Positions 62,680 through 64,000 of a stretch of 64,000 bases of DNA are shown in pieces. The notes under the pieces were generated by a model that saw only the letters and a list, made by a program, of their open reading frames with translations, did not search any database and was not told the DNA's origin. The stretch lies in contig NC_047072.1 of NCBI RefSeq assembly GCF_902459465.1, positions 11,966,001 to 12,030,000 on the forward strand, written 5' to 3'. Each line of letters begins with the position of its first letter. Positions within the stretch are counted from its first letter, which is position 1. Made by a program: the position numbers and the translations under genes. The DNA comes from Asterias rubens. Lineage: Eukaryota.

Positions 62680-63696
62680 ATGGAATCTACTCAACCTCAG
62701 ATGGACCAAGAAAACAGCAACGACTCCACAACACAACTACCTAGCATCCATCCCAGCTTCAGCATCTTAAGATGTTTCCTGCTTGTCATAACAACTCTTC
62801 TCATCTTAACACTCAATCCATTCTATCTTCTCATCCTGAGACATGTCAACAGCATCCAAGAAACCACCAAAGTATTCCTGCGAGCCATGACCATTGCTGA
62901 TATTGGAGTCGGAATTTGTATCGCTATTCCTGCTACGATTTCTGCATTTTTCAATAATTGGCCATTTGGGGAAGTAGTCTGTTCATTACAACCAACTGCT
63001 GGTGCAATTTCTTTCAGTTTAACAATATTTTCCCTGCTGATAGTCACTGTAGACCGTTACATTTCTGTGGTGTATGCCCTACGCTACCCTTCACTTGTTA
63101 CTGTCAAGCGAGCGCGTATTGCAGTCTGTTGTGCAGGGGGACTCGGCACATTTATCGCAATTGTGAATGGTTTCATAACAACATGGGAAACTTCTTATGT
63201 TCCTGATTTATTGACTTGTGGGTTTAAACTTCAAAATCAAGACATAAGTAAGTTGTTCGCCCAAGTATTTGCTACCATTTTTATAGCATTTAATCTCTTT
63301 ATAATAATAACAACCTACATTCGTTTATTTTTAATTTCTCGCCATCACGCTCGGCGTATACAAGCTTTAAATATTGCAGTCGGTGGTAACCAGCCGCCAC
63401 AACCTCCCCCAAGAACCAACAATAAGTCTCTTCATACAACGCTCTTCATAGTTCTGACATCATTCTTTCTTAATGTCGTACCACTTGTATGCTTTCTTAC
63501 TGTAGACCGTGATACAAATTCACATGTAGACATCTTTTATCTGTTCTTTTTTTTGCTGCCCTTGTTGACAAAAAGTTGGGTGAACGGAGTGTGTTATTAT
63601 CTGAGTAATACTGACTTTCGTCAGACTGCTAACAGACTCCTGAAAACACACTACAAACTTTGCAAATCTAGAATTCTCTTCAACAGAAACGCTTAA
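62680..63696 (+). CDS. Intronless rhodopsin-like (class A) GPCR, about 338 aa, orphan
   Basis: Seven hydrophobic segments, N-terminal glycosylation sequon NDS, TM2 IADIGVG, TM3 Cys, DRY (VDRYISVVYALRY), ECL2 Cys. First ATG at 62680 (the ORF track starts at TTG 62674). Confidence 0.88.
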   Translation: MESTQPQMDQENSNDSTTQLPSIHPSFSILRCFLLVITTLLILTLNPFYLLILRHVNSIQETTKVFLRAMTIADIGVGICIAIPATISAFFNNWPFGEVVCSLQPTAGAISFSLTIFSLLIVTVDRYISVVYALRYPSLVTVKRARIAVCCAGGLGTFIAIVNGFITTWETSYVPDLLTCGFKLQNQDISKLFAQVFATIFIAFNLFIIITTYIRLFLISRHHARRIQALNIAVGGNQPPQPPPRTNNKSLHTTLFIVLTSFFLNVVPLVCFLTVDRDTNSHVDIFYLFFFLLPLLTKSWVNGVCYYLSNTDFRQTANRLLKTHYKLCKSRILFNRNA

Positions 63697-64000
63697 GTTT
63701 ATTATGGGATTGCAATGCAGCAGAGTGTATGGTAGAATCCCGGTCAGGACACTTGTGGCCTAGAGCAAGGCACTTACAAAATAATTTTACCATAAAAAAA
63801 AGTTCGGTAGGTATTGCATTCTGTTCTACCAGTAAGGCTCCTAGTGGATAAAACCCATGTCAACATCTTTACAAAATTGTGAAGGCATAACCCTGTTTCA
63901 ACCAATGGAGTAAGTTGCAATGTGCCGCCGGTGATAGTTGATTTCAACAGCCCAAATCAATTAAGTGTATTCTCTCACCTTGAAGTGGCCATCCGACCCT

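Overview
AT-rich, intron-rich animal genomic DNA. Gene content and repeat style suggest an invertebrate deuterostome, probably an echinoderm (inference). Seven protein-coding genes were reconstructed by hand from splice sites and family similarity: LCA5/lebercilin-like (minus, 3' end runs off the window), two tandem SH3BGR-family thioredoxin-fold paralogs (plus), AMD1/S-adenosylmethionine decarboxylase (minus, 11 coding exons, 340 aa), CHMP1B-like ESCRT-III (plus, 5 exons, 199 aa), SAP18 (plus, 3 exons, 157 aa) and an intronless class A GPCR (plus). Introns and intergenic DNA are packed with non-autonomous DNA transposons (several TTAA-flanked Kolobok-type families, plus Merlin/hAT-, Zator-, Harbinger- and Mutator-like MITEs), tRNA-derived SINEs, L2/CR1-group LINE 3' ends, minisatellites and a Helentron-like composite. 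Main observations: (1) an AT-AC U12-type intron inside AMD1, without which the ORF cannot be completed, and a GT-AG U12-type intron in the head-to-head neighbour CHMP1B; (2) a 15-codon uORF overlapping the AMD1 start, plus short uORFs in the leader exon, as candidate polyamine-responsive translational control; (3) a head-to-head LCA5-SH3BGR pair like those on human chr6 and chr21; (4) a repeat carrying six DR4 nuclear-receptor elements with ETS and CRE motifs upstream of the GPCR. Exon coordinates were checked for frame. Repeat boundaries are approximate to a few nt unless a TSD is quoted. Comparisons with human genes are from memory and need database confirmation.
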